Origin: Mobula hypostoma
Lineage: Eukaryota
Direction of reading: 5' to 3'
DNA: 64,000 nucleotides
Assembly (NCBI RefSeq): GCF_963921235.1
Contig: NC_086118.1
Coordinates: forward strand, 15,130,001-15,194,000
How positions within the stretch are numbered: position 1 is the first letter of the stretch; each line of letters begins with the position of its first letter. The notes beneath the pieces were generated by a model. That model had not been told where the DNA came from and made no database searches. It saw nothing but the letters and a program-made list of their open reading frames with translations. This document shows, piece after piece, positions 12,620 through 24,545 of this stretch. Made by a program: the position numbers and the translations under genes.

Positions 12620-13702
12620 GTAACCTGGGCTACTGAAGCGCACGATAATATGGTGCACCTCAAAGCTAGGCTATCCAGACTTTTCCAAGATCACATCCAA
12701 TTTGGCAGGGGGACGGGAACCAGAGTGATGGGACTGATTAAGCTTGGCGCAGTTGGTATACAAGAGATGAAGTGTGTAGCGGGACATTGAGGAAGGACAG
12801 GCAGATGATAGGGCAACATTGCAGTCAGTGGGATGAGCTGGAGTGTAACATGGGATCAAATTGGAAAAGGATGATGAATACAGGTACGAAGGCGTAATAT
12901 GGAAAAAGGTACATGATCCTGGAGCACAGTTGGAGATTGGCAGGTATGACATTGTGGACAACACTGTCATGGCTGAATGAAGATCATAGTTGGGAGCATA
13001 AAACATAAGGATACACATTGCATTGAAAGCACAGGCAGATAGGCAAAGGGGTTGGGTGTTTTGGTTGGTAAAAAATGAAATCAAATCCTTCGAGAAAGGT
13101 AACATAGGATCAGAAAATGTAGAATCCATGTGGATACAGTTAAGAACTCGCAAGGGTAGAAAGATCCTGATGGCAGGTATATACAACCTCCAAATGTAGC
13201 CAGAATGTGCGATATAAAAGGCATGTAAACAGGGCAACTTTTCGATAGCCATGAGTGATTTCAATATACAGGTAGATTGGGAAAATCTACCAATAAATGG
13301 AATTGGTAGAAATTTTTAGAACAGCTTGTGATTGAGCCCACAAGGGGAAAGGTAATTCTGGATTGGTTGTTGTGTAACGAACCACCTTTGATTAGATAGC
13401 TTAAGGTAAAGGGAGTGACCATAACATGATAGAATTCACCCTGCAGTTCGACAGGGAAAAGATGAAGTCAGAAGCATCATTATTACAGTTGAGTAAAGTG
13501 AATTACAGAGGAACGAGAGAGGAGCTGGCCAAAGTTGATTGGGAAGGAACATTCGGGGTTGACGGCAGATCAGCAATGGCTGGACTTTCTGGAGACAATT
13601 TGGAAGCCACAGGATAGATACATTCCAAAGATGAAAAAGAATTATAAAGGGAGAATGAGGGAATTGTGGCTGACAAGGGAAGTCAAAGCCAACATAAAAG
13701 GA
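12620..13702 (+). mobile_element. CR1/HER1 LINE fragment (AP-endonuclease region)
   Basis: Decayed 'AQLEIGRYDIV', 'MSDFN', 'ILDWLLCNEP', 'SDHNMIEF' motifs; paralogous to 49260-50236. Confidence 0.8.
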
Positions 13703-14032
13703 AATTGAATTGAATTGACTTTATTACCTTCATCCTTCATATACATGAGGAGTAAAAATTTTATGTTATGTCTCTGTCTAAATGTGCGATGTGTAATTAT
13801 AGTTATTTGTAATAAGCAGTATGTACAACAGGACAGTCAATCTAACATAGAAATACAATTGTACAGCGTGAATTAATCAGTCTGCAGCCTAGTAGGAGAA
13901 TCTGTCCCGGAGCCTGCTGGTCCTGGCTTTTATGCTGCAGTACCGTTTCCCGGCTGGTAGCAGCTGGAACAGTTTGTGGTTGGGGTGATTTGGAAATGTT
14001 TATTTACAGCAGAAGTCAAGCAAAAATGAAAT
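13703..14032 (-). mobile_element. Rex1/Babar 3' end with the shared 5' extension
   Basis: Reverse complement matches 7102-7434, including the (TTCAA)n tail. Confidence 0.8.
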
Positions 14033-14050
14033 CGAACTATTCAAAAGGTT

Positions 14051-14775
14051 CAAAGGAACATCTAAACAAGCCCGGTGCAGTTTGGAATCAAGTCCTGTGG
14101 ACCGATGAAGTTAAAATAGAACTTTTTGGCCGCAATGAGCAAAGGTATGTTTGGAGAAAAAAGGGTGCAGAATTTCATGGAAAGAACCCGTCTCCAACTG
14201 CTAAGCATGGGGGTGGGTCGATCATGCTTTGGGCTTGTGTTGCAGCCAGTGGCACGGGGAACATTTACTGGTAGAGAGAAGAACGAATTCAATTAAATAC
14301 CAGCAAATTCTGAAAGCAAACATAACACTATCTGTAAGAAAGCTGAAGATGAAAAGAGGATGGCTTCTACAATGGGATAATGAACCTAAACACACCTCAA
14401 AATCCACAATGGACTACCTCAAGAGGCGCAAGCTGAAGGTTTTGCCATGGCCCTCACAGTTCCCTGACCTAAACATCATCAAGAATCTGTAGATAGACCT
14501 CAAAAGAGCAGTGCATACAAGACGGCCCAAGAATCTCACAGAACTAGAAGTCTTTTGCAAGGAAGAATGGGTGAAAATCCCCTAAACAAGAATTGAAAGA
14601 CACTTAGCTGGCTACAAAAAGCATTTACATCAGTGATACTTGCCAGAGGGTGTGTTACTAAATACTGCGATGCAGGGTACCCAAACTTTTGCTTCGGGCC
14701 CTTTTCCTTTTTTGTTATTTTGAAACTGTAAAAGATGGAAATAAAAAAAGTTTTCTTGCTTAAAATATTAAAATT
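14051..14775 (+). mobile_element. Tc1-like transposon fragment (DD34E transposase, decayed)
   Basis: WNQVLWTDEVKIELFG, KHGGGSIMLWAC, QWDNEPKH, WPSQFPDLNIIKNL* (third catalytic E lost, stop codon, frameshift); GGGTACCCAAACTTTTGC repeat motif. Confidence 0.9.
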
Positions 14776-15156
14776 AGGTTAAAGGCACCTAATTAGCTTG
14801 TTTATTTCGACTTTTTTCTTAAAGATGTGCTGGGTGCATTCCGGCTACCGCTGTACCGCTGCATTCTTCGCGGCCTGGAGGTTTGGGACCACTATTATAA
14901 TTGACTTATCACTACATTCATGTGAGGAAAATATGCGCTGTGTGTTTAAAATTAAATTCGTTAGATAAACCCCTTTAGAAACGAAATTGAGTGCATTAGC
15001 CACTTACAAGTGACCTATAGTTGACTTATCACCTATATTCCGGTCGCGTTTAACACCCACACCCCCCCCCCCACCCCCAACACCAGGTCGGCCGGTCCGC
15101 AAGAACGTTGTCAATATTAAAACGGTCTGCGGTGCGAAAAAGGTTGGGGACCCCTG
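14776..15156. mobile_element. hAT (Charlie-like) transposon terminal fragment
   Basis: Ends CGGTCTGCGGTGCGAAAAAGGTTGGGGACCCCTG (reverse CAGGGGTCCCCAACC terminus). Confidence 0.6.
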
Positions 15157-16389
15157 ATTTAAACTAGCTGGCTAGCTGCCAAGGAGCTACGCTATTGATG
15201 TCCTACGTGATGAGGCCAAACTCCCTGTAGACTTGCTTAAAGTTGTAATACAATAAACATGATAATATAAGTACATATTTTAATGTCACATTTGCTGCAT
15301 ATACTCAACTTGGTTTACAGATTAAACAAAATCACTAAACAAAGTATTACATACACCCTTGGAGGTCGACCGGGGGGCGGGACTGCTACCTCCCTGAAAT
15401 GAGTTTTTGCAGGGTAGGGTGTCTGAAGCTCCCTCACAAGGATTGAACAGTTGTTGCCAAAGATGTAAGGTAGCAGCTCTACCAGCTGTATCACTGTGCT
15501 GCCAGAAACAGCCAGTCTCATAACTGCTAGATTTGAGAATATAGAAGAATTCACTACAGATCTGGTGGTTTGTTCATTCCAATGACCCTCTCCTCCCAAC
15601 TACCCACTGCCATTCCATTTGGCCTCATTTCCTTCTCAAAATCAAAGGGGGCTACTAGAAAGTCACCATGATCAACCATTCATCTCTTCCTGACAACTCC
15701 TCAACAGCTTCCAATAAGTTAGACGAGCACCCCACTCGTACTCCGCTCACCAGTAAACTGGTGAAGTCTTAGTGTCGTAGGAATCTCTCTATTTTACATC
15801 AAAAGTCTTCCAAGAACAAAGTTCAGATTATTCCACCTCCAGCAGCGTGAATACCAAAAGCTGAGCAAACGCTTAAGTAATGTTTATAATCTTCAGCAGC
15901 AATTGCTTAGCTGGTCGCTAACAGAAAAAGTTATTAATTGCAGAATCAGGAAGTGAAACAGTGTGCAGTGTCTTTAATCTGCAGCAGAAACCAAGTTAAT
16001 CGGTCATTAGAGCCCTAATTGTCCTCGAGGCAAGTACTCCTGGAGTGTGTTTCAACTTCTTCACCAAGATGGCAGGCTACCAAAAAAGTCCAGCTCTGGA
16101 TGGCTGTGTCAAAGACTCAAATATCCAAAGGATCTGGGGCAAATTACCCTTTAAGTAAACATATGGTTGTTAAAAAGCAATGCCCTTGCAAAGAGGACTC
16201 TGCTGGGTGCTTTACAAGAAATTTAAAATTCATATATGCATACACAAGTCACAAAACTCTATTGTTTAACTTATTTTTTTGGCTTCCCCCTGTTTTTGTT
16301 GAATGTGGTGGACATTTTAAGAAAAGAAAGCAACTTTGTTGAAAACTCAAAAAGAACCAAAGATCATTAAATCAGATTTAAATTGTGAA

Positions 16390-16423
16390 GTATATTATAT
16401 ATATTATATATATATATATATAT
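16390..16423. repeat. (TA)n microsatellite
   Basis: tatattatatatattatatatatatatatatata. Confidence 0.9.
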
Positions 16424-17660
16424 AAGCACTGTATTAATGTGTGAATGTGTATGGCATCTATTCTAAGCAGAATCATTTTGTATTTTAAATGATAACGTAT
16501 GTCTGGCCAAACACCTGGACTGTGGATAGGTCTTGAAGTGGGGTAATTTTCTTGAGCCATTATAAAGTTATACTCACATGAACAGGCAGGCCCAAGGCTG
16601 ACTAAATCTGTCAGGTCTCATTTTCACCAGCAATGATGTATATCATTTAAAAGATCTTACTTGATACATTTTCTCACATAAGAAAGAATGTAATAGAAAA
16701 ACAAAACTCTCACATCAGTAGCATTAAATCGTGAGTTCTGCTCTTGGTGTCTGACTGGCATTTATAAACACTGAGCATGGAGAGAAAAAAAAAATCAAAG
16801 CTGGTTCCCTGATTTTTTGCGGCTGTAAAGTTCACCCTGCTGTAGGAGTGGTGGGAATAGGTGTTCCTTAAGCTCCAATGCCTTCCACGTTTCAATAGAT
16901 TGCCAAAGCTGTCACATGATTGTCTATTGACTAGAGCACGGAAAAACCCAAGGAATTTTGATGGTGCACCCAACAGTGAGCAGAGCACAATATTATATTA
17001 AATAAAATTACTGATGAAATGTTGGTCACTCATCAGGCCACACTGATCAAGAGCACTACCTCTTCACTCCCCCATAATTAACTGGCCCCTATCACCATGT
17101 CGCAGTATGTTAAAGGAAACCCTGTGTACACAATACAACAGCAGGTGTCAAAAGAACACATCCAACCGAAGAATGAAGCCAGCATATGTTTTTTTTTCAG
17201 TTTCCATATATTCTGAAGGGCTTCCTGTGGATAGCGTGACAATGTCACACTGCAATAGGTATGTTTAACATTCAATCTCAACAACAGTTTGTTCACAAAC
17301 GACTACATTGGAGATGATCTTGCATTAGAGGAGTACAGCTGCCATTCATTTTCCCACAGGCTGGCCTGCTTGGTGACCCAAGGATGGAGTTAATAGCAGC
17401 ATTACACTTGGCGGTATATGATTCAGGATAGGACTGTAATAATGCAGCAGGCTCCTTGTCTTTATAAGTAGGTGCACTACTCAATATAGATGTGTTCTAA
17501 TGTAAACCTGGGTTAACTGTTGCTACCATTCTGTGATACGGAAAATCTACAAAACTTTAGGTCTATATTCAACCTTTTGATGAAAGTGGGGGCCCACAGG
17601 TGTTTAAAATTCCAGTAGCCTGATATGGCATCTGTACTTGCTATTTACCATTTTAACTTC

Positions 17661-18426
17661 AAACAAGAGAAATACTGGAGGAACTCAGCAGGACAGGCAG
17701 CATCTATGGAAAAAAGTACAATTAATGTGTCAGGCCAAAACCCTTTGGCAGCATGAAGATAAAATGCTGAGGAGTAGATTTAAAAGGTGGGAGGGAGGGG
17801 AGAGAGAGAACCACCATGCGATAGGTGAAACCTGGAAAGAGAGGGATGAAGTAAAGAGCTGGAAAGTTGATTGGTGAGACGAGGTGAGAGAGGCAAAAGA
17901 GGATGGGAAATGGAGAAGGGGGGAGGGGGTCATTAACAGGTTAGAGAAATCAATGTTCATGCCATCAGGTAGGAGGCTACCAAATAGAATATAAGGTGTT
18001 GTCCCTCCAACCTAAGTGTGGCCTCATCATGACAGTGGAGAATGGCCATGGGTGGACATATCGGAATGGGAATGGAAAGTGGAATTAAAGTGGGTGGCCA
18101 CTGGGAGAGACACCGCTTGTTCTGGCGGACAGAGTGTAGATGCTTAGTGAAAGGGTCTCCCAATGTACAAGAGGCCACACCAAACACAGTAAATCACCCC
18201 AACAGACTCTCTGGTGAAGTGTCACCTCAAACTTCTGGTAATCCCCCTCCAGGTTTCACCTATTACCTGGTGGTTCTCTCTCCCCTCCCACCCACCTTTA
18301 AATCTACTCCTCAGTTTTTTTCTCCAGTCCTGCAGAAGGGTTTCTGCCCAAAACGTTGACTGTACTTTTTTTCCATAGATGCTGCCTGGCCTGCTGAGTT
18401 CCTCCAGCATTTTGTGTGTGTGTCAT
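17661..18426. mobile_element. PLE fragment with inverted termini (minus body 17661-18230, plus arm ~18236-18426)
   Basis: GIY-YIG C-terminal remnants; TSD-like CATTTTAACTTC (17649-17660) / CATTTTAATTTT (18427-18438). Confidence 0.85.
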
Positions 18427-20272
18427 CATTTTAATTTTCAACTTTGCCTCAGCTGCCAGTATTTTAAGATCAATACATCAGACTTAGCAGAAAACTTAAG
18501 ATCTGCTGTGTAGTCATGCTCCCTACCCTCCTATACACTGAGATCTTGATTATCTGCAGCAGATAACTCATTGCATGAAAGAATGCCATCAATGCTGCCT
18601 CAGCAAAATCTTCAGAAGGTTAATCCAACCAACATCAGTGCCACTTCCCACACCAGCATCCACAGCAGTGAGGCCGTAGTTATGCTGGGTCAGCTACATC
18701 AGGCAGACCACATTGTTTGTACGTTGACCTTATACTCCCAAAATAGGCACTTCACTTCAAACTCTGTGGTGGGAGGATATTACTCGACAGGCAGAGGAAA
18801 AGATTCAAGGACATGCTCCTATACCTAAAGTTCTGTTGCCAAAATCAGGACTCAAAGCCCAATTTTTCCTAGCAACAATTAAATTTCTACAATGCAGAGC
18901 AAAGCCCAAACAGAATAGAGGACACATAAGAGCCTTTCAAAGTACACCATGCTTTAAATACAGTAAAGCACTTCTCTACAGTTACTTATTTCTTTCTATA
19001 CAGCCTGTTAGCTTTCTAGATACATTTAACCTTCAAACTGAGAACGTTTTTTTAAAATACATTCTAATACACAGACCAAAAGCATTGCATCTGCATTTCT
19101 GTCTTTTTCGTGGAACTAGTATCGTGAACCCAGCAGCAATGATGCGATGTGAAGGCTGTCTGTAGCAAATGCAGTCCCATCCTGGTTAGTAGTCATGTTT
19201 CTATTGGTGAAGCTGTCCACTTTCCATTCAAAACTCTCAGTGTGATACATCTATAGTGTTTTTTGATGTATCTATACTATGGGCTATTCCTGTATAAAAA
19301 CATAAGATTTAATTATCTCATTTTCCCCTTCAACATTCATTGTGTCTGACTTCAAGTACGTATCACAGTCTCAACCATTTTGGTTTGCAGGATGTCAGGG
19401 TTAGTAATTCATTAAAGCAGCTGAAGGTTTATTTTCCAATACTGATCGAGTCCCTCAGTAGGTCTCCTTATGACAAATTTTATTCAGAACAATGCAGTTT
19501 ATATCATTCAGTACTAAATCTATTGACTTCGTAGTGCTGATCTTCCGATAGATGTTTTTGTGTAACAGTAGATGCCTGACAAATCTGTGAATCCAAATGT
19601 TTCATTCAGAGGAGAATATTATCCTGAAGAAAACTTGTTTGAAAATTGCAGGCATCACAAGAAAGAAGCTATATATAAAATTGAAACATGCAACAGTATT
19701 AAATTATCTCTGAAATACCATGGACCTCTGAAAAACCTATGAAGACGATTTTAGCAAAAATCTTTGTGTCCAACAACTTCTGGCAGAAGTTCCCTCATCC
19801 GTGAAAAAGAATGTTGATATAACATGAATAGGTCAATCTTAATTCTCCATCCCTGCCTGACTTTATCCCTTCTTCCTTTCAAAAGAGGAACCTTTAATCT
19901 GGTATAATTCTGTAAACACTAGCAGTAGATTGCACCTCTTCATTGTTCAGCATAAAGGGCATATAGAAAGACTTTTATTTACATGTCATTTTAGAAATTT
20001 AATTTTTGACACTCGAAAATCTTTTCCTGCTAATAATATCTAAACTCTCCTCTGAAAATTGATAGCAATTACATGGAGTCATCCTCATTACTGAACTGGA
20101 AAATCCAAATATTTTTTGTACTCAAGTCTCCAGAGGCTAAACAGTGAACACTAACCAGTCATTTTACTATGAGAGTGAGGGGCATGGGGTAAAATCACAG
20201 CTAATCCCACTGTCAACTACTATCTATATTTTGCTGAAGATACTGCAAGACAATTAAAAATAGGATTGATAT

Positions 20273-20585
20273 TTTATAAGACTATAAGACATAGGAGCAG
20301 AATTAGGCCATACCATCATGGCTGATTTATTATCCCTCTCAACCCCATTCTCCTGCCTTCTGGAAACCTTTGAAACCCTGACTATCAAGAACCTCTTCTT
20401 TAACATACCCAATGGCTTGGCCTCCACAGCTGCCTGAGGCATTGAATTCTGCAGATTTATGACGATCTGACTAAAGGAATTCCTCCTCATCTCTGTTCCA
20501 AATGTTGTCCCTCTATTCTGAGGCTGTGCCCTGTGGTTCTTGATTCCCCCATGAAAAGAAACTCTCTCTCTACATCCACTCCATC
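20273..20585 (-). mobile_element. CR1/HER1 3' end
   Basis: ATAAGACATAGGAGCAGAATTAGGCC tail; 'MRRNSFSQIVINLQNSMPQAAVEA'. Confidence 0.85.
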
Positions 20586-21097
20586 TTCTATCCCTACCTA
20601 GGATTAATTACTTATTTGCTTTTATTTTGGTTGAGATCAATTACTTTAGCAACAACAAGATAATCAGAGACTTTCTTGTCTGAATTTAGCCCTTTGTGTT
20701 AGATGGGGTCTTCACCTAGAGTAGCATACCGATTTAATTTTAAGTAATTTTGAAATGGCCATTTTAGAAATAGCCATAATTTGATGCCTCATTCAATCCA
20801 TGAATTCAGCATGCTTAAAAGTGTCCAAAACACTAACCACAGCCACCACTTAATCTTGCCCACACTGCACCGGAATATGTGGATCTGGAATCGGCAAATA
20901 GAGCCTCCTGAGGACCCACCAATAGACAACCCCTTCATGAGAACATCATACTTGACTTGAGTGATTGCACTACTAGATGCCGTGTTGTTTGAATGCAGTC
21001 TTTTCATAATGCTATCTCTTCTGTAATTTATCTGAATCTGATTCATAATTAAATGTAAGATCAATAGATAAGATTTTTTCTTAAAACACTTTGGAAA

Positions 21098-22090
21098 GGC
21101 AAACACGAGGAAATCTGCAGATGCTGGAATTTCAAGGGATAGTTTATAATAGTGGTTTACAGTATTTTTCTACTATTTCCAGTTCAAAATTTGTTTGCAG
21201 GTGTCTAAATGTGTAAAACTCTAATGGTGAGGCTGCAGCCTTCTTTATAGTTGAGACACAAAAGGCTGCAGATACGAGAACCTGGAGCATCAGGGCTGAG
21301 TGCGGAGGGATGATAGCAGAGTTGAGAGGGAGGGGTGAGTCACTGACTGCTATGCAGAACCTGGTGAGGGTTGGAGTGGGGGGGGAAGAGGAACGATGGG
21401 CACACGGAGTAGGTAGAGCGGGGGAGAGAGAGTAGTAATGAGTCAGAGGCTGGTTGGTAAAAGGTGTAACCATAAAAGAGAAAGAATTAAGGAGATGGAG
21501 TCAGGTGGGGGAGGTGATAGTGAAGTTGAAGCAAGCCGAAAAAAAAGCTCAGCAAAATAAGACTGTTGGCGATAAGCATTTGGGGGAAGAGTAATGAGCC
21601 TTGGAAACAAAGATGGGAGGAATGAAAAAAGAGGAGGGAGGGAGGTAGAGAGAGAGGAAGGGAGGGGGAGGAGGGGGGAGAGTGAGGGAGGGGGAGAGAG
21701 GGAGGGAGAGGGGGGAGAGAGGGGGGGAGAGTGGGGGGAGAGAGGGAGGGAGAGGGGGGGAGAGAGGGGGAGGGAGGGTAGGTGGAGGGAGAGGGAGGGA
21801 GGGAGGGAGAGAGTGAGAGGGAGGGGAGGGGGAGGGGAGAGAGGGAGTGGGAGGGAGGGGTTTGGAGGAGAGATATATATACATACATACATATACATAT
21901 ATATATATATATCTTAGGTGGAATCAGTGAGAGTGGGTTACTTTAAACTGGAAAATCCAATATTCATACCATTAGTCTGTATCCTGCCCAAATGGAAAAT
22001 GAGGTGCTATTCTTCTAGTTTGTGTTTGGTCTACCATGGCAGTGGAAAAGCCAAGGACAGACAGCTCAGAGAGGAAGTGGGAAGGGGAGC
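21098..22090 (-). mobile_element. Degenerate PLE pieces
   Basis: GCAAACACGAGGAAATCTGCAGATGCTGG terminus; GIY-YIG C-terminal remnant at 21950-22090. Confidence 0.6.
21630..21912. repeat. Polypurine (G/A) low-complexity tract followed by a (TA/CA)n microsatellite
   Basis: ~240 bp almost purely G/A with many GGG+ runs, then ATATATACATAC...ATAT. Confidence 0.95.
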
Positions 22091-22944
22091 TTTCATTTCA
22101 TGGCTTTTATATTCTGTGTTTTTGTCCGTTCTTTCTTTTTGCCGTTTGGCAAGTTTTTTTGGGGAGTTGATGTTCTTGTTGCTGCTTGACCTGTTCTGTT
22201 AGTTTTTATTGTGTTGGGGGTTGATGATCATATCTCCATTCTTTTTTGTGCCAGGGAGTGGGTTTAATGTTTTTCTTGAACAATCTGCATGGTTTTCCTT
22301 GTTTCGTGGCTGTCTGGAGAAGACAAATCTCAATGAAGCTTTGAAACATAACCAGAGGCTTACGATGGCCATTCCGGACGAAATGCAAGCCTACCCTTGC
22401 TCTTGCCAAACATAGAGAGATCACATAACATTACAGCATTACAAGTTGGGAACATTACAGTTGTTTGTCTGAGCACTAGGAGTGAGCAGCGATTAAGCTG
22501 ATTCTCGCCTGTTGTGGAAAGCCAGAAAGAATGAATGTCAGGCTCAAACAAGTTTCAAAACTGTTACTGGAATGGGAATTTCTCTACATGCATTCAGGGC
22601 ATGAGTCTGCTTCAGACAAAGATAGAAAAAGAATTTGTCTTGATTTTATTGTCTTTGATAGAAGTCTCCAGAGATGAAAAAGGTGGTAAGTATAAAGAAA
22701 TGGTGGGAGCTTTGCTGTTTGCTTTATTCTTTGCAAATTTGCAAGAACCATATGCTTTACTACGGGCTATTCTTACCAACAGCAGACATCAAAGATAACA
22801 TTCACCACTGTGTCTTCAACACCAAAACAGCCTTCAGCAGAATGAGGAAAAGGGTTTTCACAGAGTTAGATCTCAAGGGTCATGGTATTTTAAGTGCCGA
22901 TGATTCGGCCTTCCTGTATGAGTCAGAAAGGGCAAGACGAGCGA

Positions 22945-23456
22945 ACATTCCAGTCCTCAAAGAGAGATCAAAATTGGAAAGAGTGAGCAGTTTCAAGTTC
23001 CTGGTGTCAACATCTCTGCAGATCTATCCTGGGCCCAACACACTGATGCAGCTACAAAGAAGGCAGTGACAACAGCTATACGGTGGAGAGCATTCTAACT
23101 GGCTGCATCACTGTCTGATATGGGAGCATATCACAGGATCAAAATAAGCTGCAGAGAGTTGTAAACTCAGTCAGCTCCATCATGGGCACTAGCCTCCCAG
23201 CATCCAAGATATCTTCAAAGAGGAATGCCTCAAACAGGCGGCATCCATTACTAAGGACCCCCGTCAACCAGGCCATGCCCTCTTCTCATTGATACCATCA
23301 GGAAGGAGGTACAGAAGCCTGAAGGCGCACACTCAGCAAATCAGGATATATATTTACTGCAACTCACGTTTTGTCCTCCATTATTATGTACTGCTACCGT
23401 AAAGATAACAAAGCTCACGACATTTGCTGGCGATATTAAACCCGATTCTGATTCTG
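22945..23456 (+). mobile_element. Rex1/Babar LINE fragment
   Basis: 'ERVSSFKFL', 'ESILTGCITV', PSGRRYRSL motif and GATTCTGATTCTGA tail. Confidence 0.85.
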
Positions 23457-24009
23457 AGATACGGACATCCCAAAGCTGGCACCTCAAGACACTGGTGAAG
23501 TATCATTAATCCCACCTTTGCAAAATTGTTAAAATCCAGCATAGGTTAATTTATGTCCCTCTTTGTCAACATCCCTAACAATGAGGCTCTGATCTGCTTA
23601 ATCTACTTGAAGGGCATCAAGCTACATTGCCCACATGCCTGACACCAGATTTCCTGCACAAACACTCTACTCTTGTGACAAAGGGCAGAGAAAATGCTAC
23701 AAAGGTATTATGAAATATTCAAGCACGAAAACAGGCCATGTACTCTACCATGACCATGCCAACCATTCATCCTGAAAGAAACAGCTAAAATCTCAGATAA
23801 AAGTAGGTCAAAAGGTTGGCACACATTATGGCCCCAAAGGCCTGTAGTGACCAATAATGCTCTCCGTTTTAACGTTCTTCTGTATATCCCAAAACCATGC
23901 AAGTCAGAGAGTGAATTGCCATCCGCAAATTGGTCATAATTTTAAAGCCAGGGAGAGTCGATGGGAATGTGATATCTAAGTCTACAACTCAAAGTCAGCC
24001 AAGATCAAG

Positions 24010-24545
24010 GACACGCATAAAATGCTGGAGGAGCTCAGCAGGCCAGGCAGCATCGATGGAAAACAAGTACAGTCGATGTTTCAGGCCAAAACCCTTCAGC
24101 AGGACTGGAGAGAAAAAGCTGAGGAGTAGATTTGAAAGGTAGGGGGAGGGGAGAGAGAAACACCAGACGATAGGTGAAACTTGGAAGGGCAGGGATGAAG
24201 CAAAGAGCTAGAAAGTTGATTGGTGAAAGAGCCAGAATGCCATGGAAGAAAGGAAGAAGGGAGGGGGGCGATGGGCAGGCAAGAGGATAACATGAGAGAG
24301 GGACAAGTGGATGGGAAATCCTGAAGGGAGGGGCAATACTGGAAGTTTGAGAAATCGATGTTCATGCCATCAGGTTGGAGGATATCAAAACGAAATATAA
24401 GGTGTTGTTCCTCCAGCCTAAGTGTGTCCTTATCCCGACAGTGGAGGAGGCCATGGATGGACATATCGGAACAGGAATGGAAAGTGGAATTAAAATGGGT
24501 GACCACTGGGAGATCCCGCTTATTCTGGCAGACAGAGTGCAGACA
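24010..24545 (-). mobile_element. PLE 3' fragment
   Basis: 'LRLEEQHLIFRFDILQPDGMNIDFSNF' plus terminal repeat. Confidence 0.88.
24070..24107 (-). ncRNA. Minimal hammerhead variant with CUGCUGA (A6C) core
   Basis: CAGUC-CUGCUGA-AGGGUUUUGGCCU-GAAA-CAUC-GACUG. Confidence 0.6.

Noticed and set aside
12671..13264. 197-aa minus-strand ORF
   Set aside because: Antisense to a decayed CR1 endonuclease region; spurious
21443..21917. Pro/Ser/Leu-rich and Gly/Glu/Arg-rich ORFs
   Set aside because: Translations of the polypurine tract
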